This document shows positions 10,041-23,711 of a stretch of DNA of 64,000 nucleotides, in pieces. Source of the stretch: Candidatus Omnitrophota bacterium. GTDB lineage: Bacteria; Omnitrophota; Gorgyraeia; JABMRN01; RBG-13-46-9. How positions within the stretch are numbered: the stretch's first letter is position 1; each line of letters starts with the position of its first letter. Below the pieces are notes generated by a model. It had not been told where the DNA came from, searched no databases, and was given only the letters and a program-made list of their open reading frames with translations. The position numbers and the translations under genes were made by a program. The DNA lies in NCBI GenBank assembly GCA_024542975.1, contig JAMXCZ010000001.1:24141-88140 (forward strand). Reading direction: 5' to 3'.

Positions 10041-12161
10041 TCACTTTTGTACTTCTCCCTGAATAACTTTCTCTGCGATATGTTTCGGCACTTCCTGGTA
10101 AAATGAAGGCTCCATTGTATATGTTGCGCGCCCTTGTGTCAAGCTCCTTATGGCTGTCGCGTACCCAAACATCTCTGCGAGCGCAACAAAGGCGTGTACG
10201 ATCCTTGCGCTCCCAGCCTGGGCCATGGCTTCTATTTTGCCCCTCCTGGAGCCCAAGTCTCCCAGAACGTCTCCAAGGTATTCCTCGGGCGTTGTTACTT
10301 CAAGGTCCATTATGGGTTCCATTAAAACCGAGGTTGCCCTTTTCAGGCCGTCCCGCAAAGCGATTGAAGCAGCCATTTTAAACGCGATGTCGCTCGAATC
10401 CACTTCATGGAACGAGCCGTCGTAAAGCGTTACTTTTATGTCGACGACGGGATATCCCGCCAAAACGCCGCTTTTGGCGGAATTTATGATCCCTTTCTCA
10501 ATGGGCGATATGTATTCCTTGGGGATCTGCCCGCCTTTTATTTTATTTACAAAAATAATACCCTCACCTTTTTCTGCCGGCTCAAGCTCTATTTCCACAT
10601 GGCCGTATTGCCCTCTTCCTCCGGACTGCTGAATAAACTTGCCTGTTGCCTCCACTTTTTTCTTTATGGTCTCCTTGTAAGCTACGTGCGGTTTTCCGAC
10701 ATTGGCCTTAACGTTAAATTCACGCCCAATCCTCGTAATTATAACATCAAGGTGAAGCTCACCCATCCCGTTTATCAAGGTTTGCGCAGTGTCCTGGTTG
10801 TAACGCACTGTAAAAGACGGGTCCTCTTCCACAATTTTCCTGAGGGCCTTTGCAAGTTTATCCTGATCGGCTTTCTTGGCCGGCTCTATCGCCATTGAAA
10901 TGACAGGCTCGGGGAAATGTATTTTTTCCATGAGGATCGGGCGTTCCTCATCGCATAGGGTGTCTCCCGTGGTGGTTTTTTTAAGGCCTACCACAGCCGC
11001 AATGTCGCCCGCGGTAACTTCCGTTACGATTTCCTGCTTATCGGCGTGCATTCTGACTATTTTTCCGATCCGTTCTTCCACATTTTTTGTAGCGTTATAA
11101 ATATATTTTCCTGTTTCGAGCTTGCCGGAATAAACCCTTACAAAAATAAGTTTTCCTACGAATGAGTCGGTCATGATCTTAAATGCCAGAGCGCAGGTGC
11201 CTTTTTTGTCACCCACCTCTCTCTCTTCCTCCGCGTGCGTTTGGGGATTTACGCCCTTAGCCGGCGGTATGTCAAGAGGGGACGGCAGGTAATCCGTTAT
11301 GCCGTCAATCAGAAGCTCAACGCCCTTGTTCCGAAATGCCGTGCCGCAAAATACGGGAATAAACTTGTTTTTTATCGTGGCCCGCCGTATGAATTCTTTC
11401 AATTCATTAGGATAAATTCCGTCGTCATTGACGTATTTTTCCATGGCCACGTCATCAGTTTCGGCGATTTTAGCGATCAAATTATGCCGATAGTGGCTTG
11501 CGCTTTCTTTGACTTCGTCCGGCATGGGGATCTCCTTTCGCGTAACAGCCATATCCTCCCCTTCGAATTCGTAAGCCTTCATATCGATAAGGTCCACAAT
11601 ACCCCTAAAGTTATCTTCACTCCCGATAGGTATCTCTACAGGCTGCGCATTGGCGCGGAGCTTTTCATGAATCCCATTCACAGCCTTTATAAAATCGCTG
11701 CCGGTCCTATCCATCTTGTTGATAAATGCGATCCTCGGAACGCCATAGCGCTCCGCCTGCCGCCACACCGTCTCGGATTGCGGCTGCACGCCTGCTACGC
11801 CACAGAACACTACGACAGCCCCGTCCAGAACCTTAAGCGAACGCTCTACCTCAATCGTAAAATCTACGTGCCCGGGCGTATCAATGATGTTAAGCTTGCG
11901 ATCGTTCCAAAAACAGGTAATCGCAGCGCTTGTGATGGTAATGCCCCTCTCCTGCTCTTCCTCCATCCAGTCGGTAGTCGTAGTGCCATCGTCTACGTTT
12001 CCTATCTTATGGATTTTCCCCGCGTGATAAAGTATACGCTCGGTAAGGGTGGTTTTCCCCGCGTCGATATGCGCAATAATACCGATGTTTCTCGTCTTTT
12101 TTAATTCAGTCATCGCCTTGTCAGTCATTTCGTCTTTTTCCTCAAGCTGCGCGCTTAACAT
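10041..12161 (-). CDS. fusA: Elongation factor G
   Basis: 706 aa with …[20 protein letters not shown]… and the EF-G domain IV/V signature. Synteny rpsG-fusA-tuf. Confidence 0.97.
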   Translation of the reverse strand: MLSAQLEEKDEMTDKAMTELKKTRNIGIIAHIDAGKTTLTERILYHAGKIHKIGNVDDGTTTTDWMEEEQERGITITSAAITCFWNDRKLNIIDTPGHVDFTIEVERSLKVLDGAVVVFCGVAGVQPQSETVWRQAERYGVPRIAFINKMDRTGSDFIKAVNGIHEKLRANAQPVEIPIGSEDNFRGIVDLIDMKAYEFEGEDMAVTRKEIPMPDEVKESASHYRHNLIAKIAETDDVAMEKYVNDDGIYPNELKEFIRRATIKNKFIPVFCGTAFRNKGVELLIDGITDYLPSPLDIPPAKGVNPQTHAEEEREVGDKKGTCALAFKIMTDSFVGKLIFVRVYSGKLETGKYIYNATKNVEERIGKIVRMHADKQEIVTEVTAGDIAAVVGLKKTTTGDTLCDEERPILMEKIHFPEPVISMAIEPAKKADQDKLAKALRKIVEEDPSFTVRYNQDTAQTLINGMGELHLDVIITRIGREFNVKANVGKPHVAYKETIKKKVEATGKFIQQSGGRGQYGHVEIELEPAEKGEGIIFVNKIKGGQIPKEYISPIEKGIINSAKSGVLAGYPVVDIKVTLYDGSFHEVDSSDIAFKMAASIALRDGLKRATSVLMEPIMDLEVTTPEEYLGDVLGDLGSRRGKIEAMAQAGSARIVHAFVALAEMFGYATAIRSLTQGRATYTMEPSFYQEVPKHIAEKVIQGEVQK

Positions 12162-12182
12162 CCGTTCCGCAATCCTTCTTAA

Positions 12183-12653
12183 TCACCAGCGATAGTGACT
12201 AAATGCCTTGTTCGCCTCTGCCATCTTATGGGCTTCTTCCCGTTTTTTTACGGCGCTGCCGGTTCTGTTGTAGGCATCCAGAATTTCGCCCGCAAGCTTT
12301 TCCTGCATGGGCTTGCCTTTTTTCGCTCGGGCAAAATCGCGTATCCACATCATGGCCATAAAATTGCCGCGACTGCGTTCTACTTCCATCGGCACCTGAT
12401 ATGTTGCGCCGCCCATCCTGCGTGGCCTGACTTCAAGTAGCGGCCGGGCGCTATCTATCGCCTTCTCGAAAACCTCGACGGGGGTTTTGTTGCCCGTTTT
12501 TTCGGCCAGAATGCCCAGCGCCCCGTAAACAATCGTTTCTGCAGTGGATTTCTTCCCTTTTATCATGACCATATTTATGAACTTCGATAGCAACTGATTA
12601 TTATATTTTGGATCCGGTAAAATCTCCCGTTTATCCGCTCTTCTTCGTCTCAT
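12183..12653 (-). CDS. rpsG: 30S ribosomal protein S7
   Basis: [22 protein letters not shown]…, S7 family. Confidence 0.95.
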   Translation of the reverse strand: MRRRRADKREILPDPKYNNQLLSKFINMVMIKGKKSTAETIVYGALGILAEKTGNKTPVEVFEKAIDSARPLLEVRPRRMGGATYQVPMEVERSRGNFMAMMWIRDFARAKKGKPMQEKLAGEILDAYNRTGSAVKKREEAHKMAEANKAFSHYRW

Positions 12654-12679
12654 ATCACTCTCTTCCTTACAGCTTATCG

Positions 12680-13054
12680 CTACTTCTTCAACATTTTCGC
12701 CCCATACTTGGAGCGCGATTTTTTCCTGTCCTGAACGCCTGAAGTATCCAGTGTGCCCCTCACAATGTGATATCTTACACCGGGCAGGTCCTTCACCCTG
12801 CCTCCCCTTATGGTAACGATCGAGTGCTCCTGAAGGTTGTGCCCTACGCCGGGTATATATCCCGTAACCTCGATGCCGTTTGTAAGCCTGATCCTTGCGA
12901 CCTTACGCAGCGCTGAATTCGGTTTCTTGGGCGTTTGAGTCTTTACTTGCAGGCACACACCCCGCTTCTGCGGGCACTGCTCAAGCGCTCGCGATTTTGT
13001 TTTTCTCTTAAACCGTTCTCTTCCCTGCCTTACAAGTTGGTTTATGGTCGGCAT
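12680..13054 (-). CDS. rpsL: 30S ribosomal protein S12
   Basis: [51 protein letters not shown]…, S12 family. Confidence 0.97.
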   Translation of the reverse strand: MPTINQLVRQGRERFKRKTKSRALEQCPQKRGVCLQVKTQTPKKPNSALRKVARIRLTNGIEVTGYIPGVGHNLQEHSIVTIRGGRVKDLPGVRYHIVRGTLDTSGVQDRKKSRSKYGAKMLKK

Positions 13055-13073
13055 TTATTTTCACCCTTATTGC

Positions 13074-16000
13074 TCATTTACTTTTTTTGCCTTTCTTCGC
13101 GGCCTTTTTGGTTTTTTTCTCTTTCTTTTTCACTACCTTTGGCGCGCTTTTTTTCTCCCCGGCGTTTTCTTCTTTTTTCTCTTCCTTTTTTACTTCACAA
13201 ATTTCTTTTATGAGCTCGATATCCTTATGAGCTTTGAATCCTGTCCCTGCGGGTATAAGGTGGCCCATTATTATATTCTCTTTGAGGCCCAAAAGATTAT
13301 CCACCTTACCGCTTGACGCCGCTTCCGTCAATATCCGGGTTGTTTCCTGAAAACTCGCAGCGGAAATGAAACTTTCGGTTGTAAGCGACGCTTTGGTTAT
13401 TCCTAAGAGTACGGGCGTTGCGCTTGCGGGCTTAGCCTTGCGCTTTATGGTCTTCGCGTTCTCTATTTTAAATTTGGGCTTATCCACCTGCTCGCCGATT
13501 ATGAATACCGTGTCTCCCGGATCTTCTATTTTTATCTTTCTGAGCATCTGGCGTATTATTACTTCTATGTGCTTATCATTGATCCTTACGCCCTGCAACC
13601 TGTAAACTTCCTGGACTTCATTCAAAAGATAATCCTGAAGCACTTTTTCGCCGGACACCTTCAATATGTCCTGAGGCACTACCGGGCCGTCTATAAGCTG
13701 CTGGCCGGCTATTACCTTGTCGCCCTTGTATACGTTCAGGTGCTTGCCGTGCGGTATGAGATACTCTTTTTTCATGCCTGTGGGGCTATTTATTATCACG
13801 CGCTTCTGCCCCTTTTTCGACTCGCCAAATTCAACAACTCCGTCAATCTCGCTTATGATGGCCGGGTCCTTCGGACGCCTTGCTTCAAATAGTTCAGCGA
13901 CACGCGGAAGGCCGCCTGTTATGTCTTTTGTTTTTGTGATTTTTCGCGGTGTTTTCGCCAGAACGTCGCCCGCAGACACGGCCTCCTTATCATTTACGGT
14001 GATAACCGCACCTGACGGAAGCGGATAGATTGCGAGCACCTCTTTTTTAGCGTTCAATATCACAATTTCGGGATGATACTCGCCTTTGTGTTCAACGATA
14101 ATGCGATTTTTTATCTTGGTGCTCGGATCCAATTCCTCCTTCATCGTGATGTCTTCCTTGATATCCTCATACCGAACCTTACCCTCTACCTCTGTCAGGA
14201 TCGGCACGGTATACGGGTCCCATCGCACAATTATCATTTTCTTGTCAATGTCAGATCTCCCGGCAGCGAACACCGTAGCCCCTTGCGGCACGGTATGCCG
14301 TTCCAATTCCCTGCTTGAACTGTCGTCAATACTGATCTGCCCGTTGCGGTTTAAGACAATGAACTGGCCCGCTTTTTTGCCGGCTACTGTTTTCAGGTTG
14401 TGATATTTCAGAATACCCTTATTCCTGCTTTCAATGTACGATTGTTCGATTACGCGGCTTGCAGTGCCTCCTATGTGAAACGTTCTCATCGTAAGCTGCG
14501 TGCCCGGCTCTCCGATCGATTGCGCCGCAATAACGCCAACCGCCTCACCCAACTCAACAGGCTTGCCTGTAGCAAGATTTCTGCCATAGCATTTGGCGCA
14601 TACGCCGCGCTTCGACTCGCACGTCAAAACGCTCCTTATACGCATCCTCTCAATGCCGGTTTCTTCTATTTTTTCCGCTTTTTCCTCGGTAATTTCCTGG
14701 CCATTTTCTACGATTACTTCGTCGCTTACGGGATTTACGGTATTGTCAAGCGCTATCCTCCCGATTATTCTCTCGGCAAGTGAGGCAACAACCTCGTCAC
14801 CTTCTATGATGGCGCTTACAAAAACTCCGTTGAGCGTTCCGCAATCCCCCTCGCTGATTATTACATCCTGCGCCACGTCAACCAACCTTCGCGTTAGATA
14901 TCCGGAATCGGCGGTTTTGAGCGCCGTATCCGCAAGCCCTTTTCGCGCGCCGTGCGTGGAGATAAAATAGTCCAAAACAGTGAGGCCCTCTCGGAAGTTA
15001 GCGATAATCGGTATTTCAATAATTTCACCCGACGGCTTCGCCATAAGCCCTCTCATTCCGGCAAGCTGCCGTATCTGCTGGGTGGAGCCCCTCGCGCCCG
15101 AATCCGCCATCATAAAAATTGGGTTAAAAGAGTCGAGCTCCGCAAAAATCAGGTCTGCGACCGCCTCGGTAGTGTGCGTCCAAAGGTCAATGATCTTGTT
15201 ATAGCGCTCGCCGTCGGTTATGATTCCCTTTTTATACTGATCGTCCACCTTCGCCACTTCGGCCTTCGTCTTTGTTATGTACTTTTCTTTTTCCTTGGGT
15301 ATATTTAAATCGTCGATTGAAATAGACAGACCGGCGAGCGTCGCCTCTTCAAAGCCGGCTTTTTTCAATCTATCTAAGAGTTCCACTGTTTCAGAATTAC
15401 CTTTTTTGTTATAACAATCGGTAATTACATCGCTTATCTTCGACTTATCCATTACCTCGTTTACAAATCCAAGCCCCTCGGGCAGAAGGTCGTTAAAAAT
15501 CACTCTTCCCACGGTAGTCTGGATGATCTCAGTTGCCATTCGCACTTTTATTTTCGCGTGAAGCGCAACCACTTCATTCTGATGCGCCGTAATCACCTCA
15601 TCTACATCCGCGAAAAGTTTACCTTCGCCTTTCATTCCGTCTTTTTCTTTCGTCAGATAGTAGCAGCCGAGAACGATGTCCTGCGACGGCACTACGATGG
15701 GGCGCCCGTTTGCCGGCGAGAATATGTTATTAGTCGAAAGCATTAAAAGCCTTGTTTCCATCTGCGCCTCCAGAGATAGCGGAACATGAACCGCCATCTG
15801 GTCACCGTCAAAATCAGCATTGAAAGCCGCGCATACAAGAGGGTGTATTCGTATCGCTTTCCCCTCGACAAGAATCGGCTGAAATGCCTGCACCCCGAGC
15901 CTGTGAAGTGTCGGAGCGCGATTTAGCATCACGGGATGGTCCCGTATAACCTCATCCAATATGTCCCATACCTCGAGTTTCGCATTTTCGACCATTTTTT

Positions 16001-17165
16001 TTGCGCTTTTTATCGTATGCACAAAACCTTTTTCCCGTAACTTACGTATGATGAAGGGTTCAAATAATTCAAGTGCAATTTTTTTCGGCAGGCCGCACTC
16101 ATGAAGTTTCAGTTCCGGGCCTATTACGATTACGCTCCTACCGGAATAGTCGACCCTTTTGCCCAGAAGATTCTGCCTGAACCTGCCCTGCTTGCCCTTC
16201 AGCATATCAGCGAGAGATTTAAGAGGGCGGTTGCCGGGGCCGAGGACTGGCCTCCCATGACGCCCGTTGTCAAACAGAGCATCGACCGCCTCCTGAAGCA
16301 TGCGTTTTTCGTTGCGTATAATTACTTCGGGCGCTTTAAGCGCAAGTAGTTTTTTAAGCCGATTATTTCTATTGATCACCCTTCTATAGAGGTCATTCAG
16401 GTCACTTGTCGCAAACCTTCCGCCATCGAGCGGCACAAGCGGCCTTAAATCGGGGGGTATGACGGGTACTACGTCCAATATTATCCACTCCGGGCTGTTA
16501 CCGGAGTTTCTAAAGTTTTCGATGACTTTCAAAACTTTTATATTTTTTTTCTGCGCATGAGAGGTCTTAGCCTCGTGTATTTCTTTTTTTAGCTTTTCTG
16601 CCAGTTTGTTAGGTTTGACCTCGAGAAGAAGCTTCTTTATGGCCGCCGCGCCCATTTCGGCCTTGAACTCCTTACCGTATTTCTCCCTGTATTCCACATA
16701 TCTTTCCTCGCTCAAGAGCTCCTTCTTCTTAAGCGGCGTATTGCCCGGATCAATTACGATATATTCCTCGTAATATAGCACCTTCTCGAGCGAACGCACG
16801 TTGAGTTGCAGCATATTTCCCATGCGCGAGGGCGTCGCCTTAAAAAACCATACATGTGATACCGGACACGCAAGTTCAATATGCCCCATTCTTTCTCTGC
16901 GGACACTGGAGCGTGTAATCTCGACTCCACAACGGTCGCACACGATTCCCTTATGTTTAATTCGTTTATATTTTCCGCAGTTACATTCGTAGTCACGGGT
17001 CGGGCCGAATATGCGCTCGCAAAAAAGCCCGTCTTTCTCCGGTTTTAAAGTCCTGTAGTTAATAGTCTCGGGCTTCTTGACTTCGCCCCTGGACCATGAT
17101 TTTATAGTCTCTGGAGAACTTAGTTTTATGCTTATCGCCTCAAACCGGTTGGTTGCCTCTAGCAC
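13074..17165 (-). CDS. rpoC: DNA-directed RNA polymerase subunit beta' (Lys-rich C-terminal tail)
   Basis: Contains …[14 protein letters not shown]… catalytic motif and zinc-binding CNCGKY…CDRCG. The ORF-finder start at 17210 is TTG and overlaps rpoB. A GTG at 17163-17165 gives [25 protein letters not shown]…, aligning with canonical rpoC N-termini, 1 nt after the rpoB stop. Confidence 0.95.
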   Translation of the reverse strand: MLEATNRFEAISIKLSSPETIKSWSRGEVKKPETINYRTLKPEKDGLFCERIFGPTRDYECNCGKYKRIKHKGIVCDRCGVEITRSSVRRERMGHIELACPVSHVWFFKATPSRMGNMLQLNVRSLEKVLYYEEYIVIDPGNTPLKKKELLSEERYVEYREKYGKEFKAEMGAAAIKKLLLEVKPNKLAEKLKKEIHEAKTSHAQKKNIKVLKVIENFRNSGNSPEWIILDVVPVIPPDLRPLVPLDGGRFATSDLNDLYRRVINRNNRLKKLLALKAPEVIIRNEKRMLQEAVDALFDNGRHGRPVLGPGNRPLKSLADMLKGKQGRFRQNLLGKRVDYSGRSVIVIGPELKLHECGLPKKIALELFEPFIIRKLREKGFVHTIKSAKKMVENAKLEVWDILDEVIRDHPVMLNRAPTLHRLGVQAFQPILVEGKAIRIHPLVCAAFNADFDGDQMAVHVPLSLEAQMETRLLMLSTNNIFSPANGRPIVVPSQDIVLGCYYLTKEKDGMKGEGKLFADVDEVITAHQNEVVALHAKIKVRMATEIIQTTVGRVIFNDLLPEGLGFVNEVMDKSKISDVITDCYNKKGNSETVELLDRLKKAGFEEATLAGLSISIDDLNIPKEKEKYITKTKAEVAKVDDQYKKGIITDGERYNKIIDLWTHTTEAVADLIFAELDSFNPIFMMADSGARGSTQQIRQLAGMRGLMAKPSGEIIEIPIIANFREGLTVLDYFISTHGARKGLADTALKTADSGYLTRRLVDVAQDVIISEGDCGTLNGVFVSAIIEGDEVVASLAERIIGRIALDNTVNPVSDEVIVENGQEITEEKAEKIEETGIERMRIRSVLTCESKRGVCAKCYGRNLATGKPVELGEAVGVIAAQSIGEPGTQLTMRTFHIGGTASRVIEQSYIESRNKGILKYHNLKTVAGKKAGQFIVLNRNGQISIDDSSSRELERHTVPQGATVFAAGRSDIDKKMIIVRWDPYTVPILTEVEGKVRYEDIKEDITMKEELDPSTKIKNRIIVEHKGEYHPEIVILNAKKEVLAIYPLPSGAVITVNDKEAVSAGDVLAKTPRKITKTKDITGGLPRVAELFEARRPKDPAIISEIDGVVEFGESKKGQKRVIINSPTGMKKEYLIPHGKHLNVYKGDKVIAGQQLIDGPVVPQDILKVSGEKVLQDYLLNEVQEVYRLQGVRINDKHIEVIIRQMLRKIKIEDPGDTVFIIGEQVDKPKFKIENAKTIKRKAKPASATPVLLGITKASLTTESFISAASFQETTRILTEAASSGKVDNLLGLKENIIMGHLIPAGTGFKAHKDIELIKEICEVKKEEKKEENAGEKKSAPKVVKKKEKKTKKAAKKGKKSK

Positions 17166-20100
17166 TTTATTCCCCCTACTTTTGTTTTTTCCAACTTTAC
17201 GTCCAGGCAAAGACTCTGAAGTTCTTTGATAAGAACGTTGAAAGATTCCGGAGTTCCCGGTTGGAAGGCGGTTTCGCCTTTAACAATAGCTTCGTATATT
17301 TTGGTTCTTCCCATTACGTCATCGCTTTTTACCGTAAGCAGTTCCTGAAGTGTGTAGGCGGCGCCGTATGCTTCGAGGGCCCAAACTTCCATTTCACCAA
17401 AACGCTGCCCGCCAAATTGCGCTTTGCCCCCCAGAGGTTGCTGCGTAACCAGGGAATACGGCCCGATACTTCTCGCATGGATTTTGTCATCTACAAGATG
17501 TATGAGCTTCATTATATAGATGTAGCCCACTGTTACCTTCTGGTCAAAGGGCTTCCCGGTCAAGCCATCGTTTAACGTTACCTTGCCGTTCTCGGGAATA
17601 CCGGCAGCCTTCATTTCCTTTTTTATCTCATTTTCGCGCGTTCCGTCAAAAACAGGCGTGGTGACCTTGAACCCCAAAAGCTTCGCAGCCCAACCCCGAG
17701 GTGTCTCCAGTATCTGGCCAACGTTCATTCTGCTCGGAACGCCGAGGGGATTAAGCACGATTTCGACGGGTGTCCCATCGTCTAAGAAAGGCATATCCTC
17801 TTCCGGCAAAATTTTGGCAATAACACCTTTGTTGCCGTGCCTGCCCGCCATTTTATCGCCGACCGAAAGCCTCTTTTTGCTGGCAACGTAGACAACTACT
17901 TTCTTCAGGACTCCGGGTGGCAATTCATCTCCGCGCTTTACATGGTCGATTTCCCTTTCCTGCTCATAGGACAATTCCTCGATCTGTGCATTTAAAAGGC
18001 GCATAACCCTTGCGATTTCGTTTTCAAGCTGCGGATTTTCCACAAGCTTGATATTGTCGAGGTCTACTCTTTCAATCTTGCCGAGGTCGCGCGCCTTTAC
18101 ACAAGTGTTGTGCTTTATCAATATTTTTCCGCTCGCGTTGTCCAGGAGACTCGTTGCCAGTTTCTGGCCGACAAGGAGCTTATGCATCTTCCGCGCTTTT
18201 TCCTCTTCAATTTTTTTAATCTGGGCAGAGAACGTTGCTTCGATCTTTTTTATTTCCTTCTGCTCCTTCGCCCTTTCTTCCCTTGTTTTCGCGCGCGCTT
18301 CCTTCCTCGCAAATACCTTAACATCCACCACGATACCCTCTATGCCGGGCGGAACAGTCAAAGAAGCGTCGCGTACGTCACCGGCTTTTTCTCCGAATAT
18401 TGCGCGAAGCAGTTTCTCTTCGGGCGAAAGTTCCGTTTCGGATTTAGGCGTTACCTTGCCCGCCAATATGTCGCCCGGAGTAACTTCTGCGCCGATTCTT
18501 ACAATGCCGCCTGCGTCCAGGTTGCCAAGTGCCTCTTCTCCCACGTTTGGTATGTCCCTTGTGATCTCTTCATTGCCCAACCTCGTATCGCGGGCATCTA
18601 TCTCAAATTCTTCTATGTGGAGCGAAGTGTATATATCTTCTTTTAATACCTTTTCACTTATCAGGATCGCATCTTCGAAATTGTATCCACGCCATGGCAT
18701 GAAAGCCACAAGAACATTCCTGCCCAATGCAAGCTCGCCTTCCTTGGTGGCAGCGCCATCCGCAATTATGTCACCCGCCTTCACCTTATCCCGCACTTTA
18801 ACTATGGGCCTCTGGTTTATTGTGGTATTTGCGTTGGAGCGCTCAAATTTTCTTAAGGGGTATTTCTTTCCGCTGACTACAATTTCTTCGCTGTCAACAT
18901 AGCTTACGGTGCCGTTCGTATGCGCAATCACAACGGTTCCGGAATCTTTCGCTGCCCTATACTCCATACCTGTGCCGATCAAAGGGGCCTCGGCTTCGAG
19001 TAAGGGCACAGCCTGCCTCTGCATATTCGAGCCCATGAGCGCCCTGTTAGCATCGTCGTGCTCCAAAAACGGTATCAGGCTTGCGGCAATGCTTACCAGC
19101 TGGCAGGGTGATACGTCCATGTATTGAACCTTTTTAGGTTCCGCTGATATGAAGTCGCGTTTATACCGGCTGAACACCTTGTCATTCACAAATGCACCTT
19201 TTGTGTTTATCCGTTCATTGGCCTGCGCAATTATATATTCGTCTTCGGTGTCAGCCGAGAGGTATTCGATTTTATTGGTAACTTTGCCGTTTTCAACTCT
19301 TCGATACGGGGTCTCGAGAAAACCGAATTCGTTGACGCGCGCGTATGTAGAGAGTGAAGTTATAAGGCCTATGTTCGGGCCTTCAGGTGTCTCGATAGGG
19401 CACATTCTGCCGTAATGCGAATAGTGCACATCCCTTACCTCGAAACCCGCCCGCTCTCTATTTAGCCCCCCGGGGCCAAGGGCACTCAATCTTCTTTTGT
19501 GTGTAAGCTCCGCAAGGGGATTTGTCTGATCCATAAATTGCGAGAGCTGGCTTCTTCCGAAGAAATCCTTGACGATGCTCGATATCAGTTTGGCATTGAT
19601 AAGATTATGCGGCATAACGCTGTCGAGGTCGTATATGTTCATTCTTTCCCGTATTGACCGCTCAAGCCGCACCATACCTATGCGAAGCTGGTTAAGCAAA
19701 AGTTCGCCGGCGGACCTGATCCTACGATTTCCCAGATGATCAATGTCATCGGTCGGGCCGCCTTCGTTTTTTATTTTTATCAATTTTTTTACGACTGCCG
19801 TAAGTGTTTCGCAATCCAGAGTTGCGCGGTCAGGCGACGACGCCATTTGCAGCTTTCGGTTTAGCATATGCCTTCCTACGCGCCCGAGGCTGTAGCGCTT
19901 TGGGCTAAAAAACAACCTGTCGACCAATCCGAGCGCCGAATCAAGCGTCGGGGGATCGCCGGGGCGAAGTTTCCTGTATACATCAAGAAGCGCTTCTTCT
20001 CTGGTTCTCGTAGTATCACGCTCAATCGTTTTCACGATTTCGGGAAACTCTTCACTTAAGATCGATAAGTCCCTTATTTTTGCGTACCACAACCGTTTAG

Positions 20101-20866
20101 CAAGCTCCTTTGTAATATGCTCGCCGCTTTTCGCCAGTATGGAATTGGATGCGTCATCCATTATATCTTCCGCCAAAACAGAATTTATGTAATCTGTAAG
20201 CTGGCTTTCGCGCGTAATTTTTATTTTTTGAACGCCGCTGAATGCCTTTAGAATATCTTCATCTTTGGAAAGCCCGAATATTCTCAAAAATATCGACCCT
20301 ACGAATTTTCTGCGCCTATCAAGATAAACATGCAGGATGTCTGTAGGGTCAATTTCAAACTCGACCCACGCCCCACGGTAGGGTATTATGCGAGCAGAAA
20401 ATATTGTTTTGCCGCTCGGATGTTTGTTCTCCTCGAAAGATATCCCGGGCGAACGGTGCAGCTGACTGACAACCACGCGCTCGTCGCCGTTTACTATAAA
20501 CGTGCCTGTCGGCGTCATGAGGGGCAGGTCGCAAAAATATACTTCCTGCTCTTTCGTGTCTTTAGGCGTTTTCAGCCTGAGCTCGAGGCGAAGCGCTCCG
20601 GCGTATGACATGCCTGTTTTTATACATTCCTCTATAGTGTATTTCGGTTTTCCGATCGCGTAATTTATATACTCAAGCGTATATGCCTTATCCGGCGTTT
20701 CAATGGGAAACATCTCGCGAAAAAGGCCCTCTAATCCCACCGGTTGCCTTCGGGTCTTCGAAACGCCTACCTGCAAAAGCTTCGCATAACTCTCAATCTG
20801 TATCGCAATCAGATTTGGGAAATCGAAACATTTTGGTATTTTTGAGTAATCTTTGCGTTTGGTCAC
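17159..20866 (-). CDS. rpoB: DNA-directed RNA polymerase subunit beta
   Basis: 1235 aa with rifampicin-cluster region and …[15 protein letters not shown]… . SD (aggaga) upstream. Confidence 0.97.
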   Translation of the reverse strand: MTKRKDYSKIPKCFDFPNLIAIQIESYAKLLQVGVSKTRRQPVGLEGLFREMFPIETPDKAYTLEYINYAIGKPKYTIEECIKTGMSYAGALRLELRLKTPKDTKEQEVYFCDLPLMTPTGTFIVNGDERVVVSQLHRSPGISFEENKHPSGKTIFSARIIPYRGAWVEFEIDPTDILHVYLDRRRKFVGSIFLRIFGLSKDEDILKAFSGVQKIKITRESQLTDYINSVLAEDIMDDASNSILAKSGEHITKELAKRLWYAKIRDLSILSEEFPEIVKTIERDTTRTREEALLDVYRKLRPGDPPTLDSALGLVDRLFFSPKRYSLGRVGRHMLNRKLQMASSPDRATLDCETLTAVVKKLIKIKNEGGPTDDIDHLGNRRIRSAGELLLNQLRIGMVRLERSIRERMNIYDLDSVMPHNLINAKLISSIVKDFFGRSQLSQFMDQTNPLAELTHKRRLSALGPGGLNRERAGFEVRDVHYSHYGRMCPIETPEGPNIGLITSLSTYARVNEFGFLETPYRRVENGKVTNKIEYLSADTEDEYIIAQANERINTKGAFVNDKVFSRYKRDFISAEPKKVQYMDVSPCQLVSIAASLIPFLEHDDANRALMGSNMQRQAVPLLEAEAPLIGTGMEYRAAKDSGTVVIAHTNGTVSYVDSEEIVVSGKKYPLRKFERSNANTTINQRPIVKVRDKVKAGDIIADGAATKEGELALGRNVLVAFMPWRGYNFEDAILISEKVLKEDIYTSLHIEEFEIDARDTRLGNEEITRDIPNVGEEALGNLDAGGIVRIGAEVTPGDILAGKVTPKSETELSPEEKLLRAIFGEKAGDVRDASLTVPPGIEGIVVDVKVFARKEARAKTREERAKEQKEIKKIEATFSAQIKKIEEEKARKMHKLLVGQKLATSLLDNASGKILIKHNTCVKARDLGKIERVDLDNIKLVENPQLENEIARVMRLLNAQIEELSYEQEREIDHVKRGDELPPGVLKKVVVYVASKKRLSVGDKMAGRHGNKGVIAKILPEEDMPFLDDGTPVEIVLNPLGVPSRMNVGQILETPRGWAAKLLGFKVTTPVFDGTRENEIKKEMKAAGIPENGKVTLNDGLTGKPFDQKVTVGYIYIMKLIHLVDDKIHARSIGPYSLVTQQPLGGKAQFGGQRFGEMEVWALEAYGAAYTLQELLTVKSDDVMGRTKIYEAIVKGETAFQPGTPESFNVLIKELQSLCLDVKLEKTKVGGIKC

Positions 20867-20916
20867 GTATTTTTCTCCTATCGGTTAACTTATCCGGCTA
20901 ACACGCTACGGAATTC

Positions 20917-21396
20917 TTACTTCAGTTCTACCTTTGCACCGACTTTTTCGAGCTGAGCCTTTATCTTGTCCGCTTCTTCTTTTGTTGCGCCTTCTTTAAC
21001 CGGCTTTGGAGCGGATTCCACAAGGGTCTTCGCCTCTTTGAGCCCAAGAGTCGTAATGGCTCGTATTTCCTTAATTACCTGTATCTTGTTCGCGCCTATG
21101 TCCGCGAGCACAATCGTAAACGCGGTCTTTTCCTCCTGGGCGGCACCCGCCTGGCCCGCAGCTCCGGATGACAACGCCGGCATTGCCATCGCCGCCTGGG
21201 CACTCACGCCAAATTTTTCCTCAAGTGCCTTCACGAAATCCGCAAGCTCGATAACCGTCATCTTCTCGATCGTTTCCATGACGCTCTTCATCTTGGCGCT
21301 CAATTCGATTTTTGTTTCAACCTTTTTTTCTTCCTTTTTTTCCTCGACTTTTACAGTCTCGGTCTTAGTTTCTTCCGCTTTTTTTTCCTCAGTCAT
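20917..21396 (-). CDS. rplL: 50S ribosomal protein L7/L12 with 35-aa K/E-rich N-terminal extension
   Basis: C-terminal 124 aa are canonical L7/L12 (…[12 protein letters not shown]…[36 protein letters not shown]…). A strong SD (aaggagga, 4-nt spacer) precedes the ATG at 21396, supporting the long form. Confidence 0.9.
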   Translation of the reverse strand: MTEEKKAEETKTETVKVEEKKEEKKVETKIELSAKMKSVMETIEKMTVIELADFVKALEEKFGVSAQAAMAMPALSSGAAGQAGAAQEEKTAFTIVLADIGANKIQVIKEIRAITTLGLKEAKTLVESAPKPVKEGATKEEADKIKAQLEKVGAKVELK

Positions 21397-21416
21397 CGTA
21401 TCCTCCTTGTTTAAGC

Positions 21417-21941
21417 TTAGCTTCGTTTTTTCTTTATTTCATTCACCGCGCAAACGAAGTTTCGCAGGAGGCCGCTTAGAACCCCTACAAAACCGGTTAT
21501 CGGGCTTTTCATATAACTGGCAACCATGCCGAACAACGCCTCTTTCGACGGCAGGGCCGCAAGGTATTCCACCCTGGAAACGTCTTCAAATTTTCCGTCA
21601 ATCAGCGCCCCGCGCAATTTGAGCGCCTTGTATTTCTTCGCAAAACCTACAAGCGTTTTGGAAGCCTTTATAATGTCCCCTGCAAATCCTATGCCGATTT
21701 CACCCTTAAATAATTGATCAAAATCAGGAATTTCGAGCTCTCTGAACGTGCGTTTCGCAATAGCATTCTTTACAACGCAATACTTCGAGGACACCATGTT
21801 CAATTCTCGCCTCAGTTTTTCCATTTCCTGTGAACTTAAGCCATTATAGTTTGTAATAACGAAATCGGGCATGTCCTGGGCCTTGGATGCAAGCTCCGCA
21901 AGCATATATTTTTTTGTGCTTATTCCGAATTTTTCTTCCAT
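21417..21941 (-). CDS. rplJ: 50S ribosomal protein L10
   Basis: …[54 protein letters not shown]…, L10 family. The ORF-finder extension to 22091 overlaps rplA and was rejected. Confidence 0.88.
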   Translation of the reverse strand: MEEKFGISTKKYMLAELASKAQDMPDFVITNYNGLSSQEMEKLRRELNMVSSKYCVVKNAIAKRTFRELEIPDFDQLFKGEIGIGFAGDIIKASKTLVGFAKKYKALKLRGALIDGKFEDVSRVEYLAALPSKEALFGMVASYMKSPITGFVGVLSGLLRNFVCAVNEIKKKRS

Positions 21942-21949
21942 AGTTTCCG

Positions 21950-22648
21950 TTATCTCCTGAACTCTGAAATATCCAGTTTTAGCCCGGGCCCCATAGTCCG
22001 GGATATAGTTACAGACTTTATTGCCTGGGGCCGTGTTAAGGCTGCATTGGACGACAATATTGAATTTAAAAGTTTTTTTATGTTTTCGCATAGCGCTTCT
22101 TTTGAAAACGAAATTTTTCCTACGCCGGCGTGCAGGCCGCTCTGCTTGTCCATTTTAAACTCGATCTTGCCGGCCCTTACTTCTTTTACCGCTTTGGTAA
22201 TATCGTCCGTAACGGTTCCCGTCTTTGGATTGGGCATAAGGCCCCTCGGGCCCAATATCTTTCCTAGTTTCGCTATCTCACGCATCATACCGGTCTCCGC
22301 TATTGCGACATCGAAGTCACACCACCCGGCGGATACCTTCTTTATCAGTTCGTCCGAACCGATGAATTCGGCGCCTTCCTCCTTCGCCTTCTTTTCGTTC
22401 TCTCCCCTGCAGAAGACGGCTATTCTTACGGTTTTTCCTGTCCCATGCGGCAGGAGGGCTGTTCCCCTCACTATATCGGTTGGGTTTTTTGCATTTAAGG
22501 TGAGGTTCATACCCAATTCCACCGTTTCGTCGAATTTGCCTTTGGGCAAATCTTTGAGGATGTCAAGCGCCTCATCGAGCTTGTAATGCTTACCTTTATC
22601 ATAGAGGGCAGATATTGCTTTTTGGCGTTTGCTCAATTTGCCTGTCAT
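21950..22648 (-). CDS. rplA: 50S ribosomal protein L1
   Basis: 232 aa: …[42 protein letters not shown]…, L1 family. Confidence 0.95.
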   Translation of the reverse strand: MTGKLSKRQKAISALYDKGKHYKLDEALDILKDLPKGKFDETVELGMNLTLNAKNPTDIVRGTALLPHGTGKTVRIAVFCRGENEKKAKEEGAEFIGSDELIKKVSAGWCDFDVAIAETGMMREIAKLGKILGPRGLMPNPKTGTVTDDITKAVKEVRAGKIEFKMDKQSGLHAGVGKISFSKEALCENIKKLLNSILSSNAALTRPQAIKSVTISRTMGPGLKLDISEFRR

Positions 22649-23154
22649 TTCGTATCCTTCCCGCTTTTAGCCTGCGTGACTTCCCCAGCTGCCGTCTCGC
22701 CTTCTTTCGGGGTTACCTCGGTCCGCTTTTCCACTATATCAATACCCATGCTTCTTGCGGTGCCCGCAACTATCTTCATAGCCCCTTCTATGTCGATTGC
22801 GTTTAAGTCTTTCATTTTTATCTTCGCGATTTCCTGAACTTCCTTCTTTGTCACCTGTCCGGCCTTTTCCCTGTTCGGGACGCCGCTTGCTTTTGCTATT
22901 CCGCATGCCCGCTTTAACAGCACACTGGATGGCGGGCTCTTTATTATGAAGGTAAAGGATCTATCCTTATACGCAGTGATCACGACAGGCATGATGAGCC
23001 CTCCGTCCTGCCCCTTCGTCTTTTCATTAAAACTCTTGCAAAATTGCATTATGTTCAGGCCGTGCTGTCCCAGCGCCGGGCCTACCGGAGGCGCAGGGTT
23101 CGCCTGTCCGGCGGGACAATACAACTTTATTATCGCTTTAATTTCTTTAGCCAT
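22645..23154 (-). CDS. rplK: 50S ribosomal protein L11 (extended C-terminus)
   Basis: [43 protein letters not shown]…, L11 signature. About 28 extra C-terminal residues. Confidence 0.95.
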   Translation of the reverse strand: MAKEIKAIIKLYCPAGQANPAPPVGPALGQHGLNIMQFCKSFNEKTKGQDGGLIMPVVITAYKDRSFTFIIKSPPSSVLLKRACGIAKASGVPNREKAGQVTKKEVQEIAKIKMKDLNAIDIEGAMKIVAGTARSMGIDIVEKRTEVTPKEGETAAGEVTQAKSGKDTK

Positions 23155-23176
23155 TTTTACCCTTAGAACTTGTCAT

Positions 23177-23710
23177 TTATACCTTTTCCACCTGCCACAT
23201 TTCGAGCTCTACCGGTGTAGACCGCCCGAAAATGGATATCGAAACTTTTATTTTGCCTTTTTCGTGGTTCGTTTCCTCTACGGTGCCGTTGAAGTTATTA
23301 AACGGGCCCTCAACTACGCGGATCGCTTCTCCTTTGTCAAACAGGACCTTTGGAATCGGCTTCGCTTTCGTTGTTTCGCTTTGCTTTAATATATTTTTTA
23401 TTTCTTCTTCCGTAAGCGGAGTGGGCCTGGAACGCGGCCCCACAAATCCCGTAACACCGGCCGTGCGCCTTATGAGATACCATGTCTTGTCGTTAAGCTC
23501 CATTTCGACCAACACGTACCCCGGGAAAAATTTTCGTTCGCTTACTTTTTTCTTACCGCCCTTGATCTCCGAAACCTGCTCCGTAGGGACTATGATCTGC
23601 GCGACAAACTCCTTGAGCGCGGAATCCTGCTCGAGTTTCTTTTGTAAATTGATTTTTACCCTTTCCTCGAGGCCCGTTTGTGTATGGATAACGTACCATT
23701 TATGCGACAT
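23177..23710 (-). CDS. nusG: Transcription termination/antitermination factor NusG
   Basis: 177 aa with NGN domain (WYVIHTQTGLEERV…) and KOW (…GEAIRVVEGPFNNFNGTVEE…). Confidence 0.95.
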   Translation of the reverse strand: MSHKWYVIHTQTGLEERVKINLQKKLEQDSALKEFVAQIIVPTEQVSEIKGGKKKVSERKFFPGYVLVEMELNDKTWYLIRRTAGVTGFVGPRSRPTPLTEEEIKNILKQSETTKAKPIPKVLFDKGEAIRVVEGPFNNFNGTVEETNHEKGKIKVSISIFGRSTPVELEMWQVEKV

Positions 23711-23711
23711 C

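Noticed and set aside
13074-17210. ORF-finder start of rpoC at 17210 (TTG), overlapping rpoB by 52 nt
   Set aside because: GTG at 17163-17165 gives an N-terminus that aligns with canonical beta' (…[18 protein letters not shown]) and begins 1 nt after the rpoB stop. The extra 15 codons are probably not translated.
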